Made by a program: the position numbers and the translations under genes
Shown here: one piece after another, positions 61,934 through 64,000 of the stretch
Layout: the number at the start of each line of letters is the position of its first letter
Position numbering within the stretch: position 1 is the first letter of the stretch
NCBI RefSeq assembly: GCF_964194155.1
Contig: NC_135889.1
Span: forward strand, 54,746,001 to 54,810,000
Direction of reading: 5' to 3'
Source of the DNA: Cetorhinus maximus
Taxonomy: Eukaryota
DNA length: 64,000 nucleotides
Notes under the pieces: generated by a model
Told to the model about the DNA's origin: nothing
What the model saw: the letters and a program-made list of their open reading frames with translations, nothing else
The model's database searches: none

Positions 61934-64000
61934 GGGCAGAATTCTCACCTCGGCAGGTGGGCGTGTGCCTGACCCGCTCGAGCATGAAATGACGCGCGTT
62001 GATGTTGGGCGAGTGTCCTGACGTCAACGTGCACTCACGCGATATTTCAGTCGGCGGGCGCATGTGGGAGACGGAGCCACACCCCCCGTTAATTAAGAGG
62101 CCGGTTAAGGCCCTCGACATTCCAATTGTCGGTGATTTAGTGTTGCCCGTGTGATTTTTCGGCTGTCACAAGGGCAAAACGGGCAGGCGGGCAGGCCACA
62201 ATTTTCAAACGCCCAACTACGGGCGGGATAAGAAGGGTCAGAAGCATTGTCAATGTGAGTAATGAGGAGTTTTGGCGATCGTGTGCTGCTGGTTGCTTAT
62301 TTGAACTGGACAGCTTCATCTCAGTTCAGAACTTCATTCTGAGTATTTCTAGGCTTCATCCCAGGACTCATTGGTGTCTTCCAGGCCCCCGGAGGATTCA
62401 GACTGTGTGGGGTCTTCCAGGTATCAGATACCCTTCCATTACCCTGGGAATGGGTCGCAGGGCCAGCGGGAAGTCGAAGGCAGAAGGAGCCGTAGAAGAC
62501 ACCACTTTCCTGCCGCTGGGGATAACAGGTGGTGATGCAGCTACCTCAATATGTCTGATGTGCAGTGCCGAAGGAGGCTCCGCCTCTCCAGGGAGACCGT
62601 TAACACCATTTGTCAGATGATCGGTCCTGAGATCAACTCCGACTGTGCGGGTGGACACCCCATGACAGTGGTGCTGAAGGTCACAGTGGCCCTCAACTTC
62701 TGTGCCTCTGGCTCTTTCCACGGCTCAGTGGGGAATATGTGTGGAGTCTCCCAATCAGCTGTCGACAGTAGCATCAAACTGGTGAGAAGCTCTGTTCAGG
62801 CATGCATTGACTTTCATTCATTTCTGCATGGATGAGGCCAGCCAGACAGAGTGAGCCAGAGGCTTCGCGGCCATTGCTGGCTTCCCCCGCGTCCAGGGTG
62901 CTATAGACTATACACATGTGGCCATCAAGGCGCCAGCAGGTGAGCCTGATGCCTTCGTCAACAGGAAGGGATTCCACTCCATGAACGGGCAGATAGTGTG
63001 TGATCACAGGATGCTGATTCTACAAGTCTGTACAAGGTACCCAGGCAGCTCCCATGACGCTTACATCCTGAGGCAGTCCCAGGTGCTGAAGCTCTTCAGT
63101 GCTCCAGCCCGACTGGATGGATGGCTGCTGGGTGACAAGGACTATCCCTTGAAAAAGTGGCTTATCACGCCTCTCCACCACCCAGAGGCAGAGCAGCGGT
63201 ACATTAGGAGCCACGCCTCCATAAGGGCGGTGGTAGAGAGGACCATTGGTCTTCTCAAGATGTGCTTCCGATGCCTGGACCGTTTAGGGGGTGCACTGCA
63301 ATATCCCCAGATCGTGTGTCACTGATAGTGGTTGCATGTTGCGCTCTCCACAATCTTGCGCTGGAAAGGGGGGACCCGGTTGAGGAAAAGGATGTTGATA
63401 CAGCTCCACAGGCAACAAATGATGAATCCAGTAGTGAGGCTGAGGACGAACACAGTCAGGAGAATGCTGAGGGCGTGGAGGCAGACCTGGGTAACCCCCA
63501 GGGAGGCAGCGACACCAGGGATGCAATGATGCAACACTCCTTCAACTAGGCTACCAAATAAGCACCACCACCACCACCACATGCCAGGGCTGCTGCCTCC
63601 ATCCTAGAATCCAGACAGGGAACATTTCCTTGGCCACCAAGATACACTCAGTGCCTGTGCAATAAAGTTTCAAGAGACCCACGTCCATCATTAAATATTG
63701 GCCTACCCTGCACCTACAGAACAAATGAAGCATATTCAGGCCAATAACACAAAATCAAATGTAATTTAATGTTGGAACTCCGATTCCTGAACTAAACATT
63801 AACCGGTGTTGGTAGTCGCACCATTAAAAAATGAAAAGCAAAATGGGGAAATAAAAGAGCACCCATGACCAGCCCCTCTTGTGCTTGAGGTGCTTTAAAC
63901 TTACGTTTTGGGTGCTACGTCTAGGTGCTCCCCACTCGCTGACAATGACATTGGGGGCAGCCTGCTCACTCTGCTGTCCTGTTGGCCTTGATGACCTTGG
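61934..64000 (+). mobile_element. Second Harbinger copy (related family, opposite orientation), running off the window
   Basis: TIR GGGCAGAATTCTCAC; collinear with the reverse complement of 50391-48240; 3' end of the Myb gene on minus at ~63880-64000. Confidence 0.95.
62450..63549 (+). pseudogene. Harbinger DDE transposase (HARBI1-like), disrupted
   Basis: [94 protein letters not shown]; frameshifts and a stop. Confidence 0.95.

Noticed and set aside
146-63733. The many 60-150 aa ORFs as genuine host genes
   Set aside because: Most are antisense or off-frame shadows of transposon ORFs, or chance ORFs with non-ATG starts; none has a recognisable host protein domain.
46618-64000. Composite macro-transposon formed by the two inverted Harbinger copies
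   Set aside because: The copies are diverged with different TIR-adjacent sequence, copy 1 has its own near-matching 3-bp flanks, and the far end of copy 2 is outside the window.
1-64000. CRISPR arrays, operons, rRNA or other prokaryotic systems
   Set aside because: No regularly spaced direct repeats, no dense coding structure and no rRNA-like sequence; the content is vertebrate repeat DNA.

Overview
Eukaryotic, repeat-dense non-coding DNA (intronic or intergenic), most likely from a cartilaginous fish (shark/ray), inferred from the repeat mix: HER1-like CR1 LINEs, Deu-domain SINEs, tRNA SINEs and Penelope elements. No host protein-coding gene can be confidently recognised; almost all ORFs in the track are transposon fragments or noise. 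Contents: several CR1 fragments; an L2 LINE with an apparently inverted 5' end; four copies of a second LINE family that shares its head and tail with a tRNA-derived SINE; two young Penelope-like (GIY-YIG) insertions with 14-15 bp TSDs and minimal hammerhead-ribozyme motifs; a deleted SCAN-domain Gypsy element with tRNA-Pro PBS and 5-bp TSD; several solo LTRs; two copies of a two-gene Harbinger transposon plus non-autonomous derivatives; and RTE and Tx1 3' fragments. The most interesting observations are (1) a LINE that starts with a tRNA/Pol III head, runs straight into ORF2 with no ORF1, and has the SINE as its internal-deletion derivative, and (2) covarying, non-canonical hammerhead motifs in the Penelope repeats. 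Boundaries not anchored by a TSD or TIR are approximate, and all family assignments are by eye without database searches.
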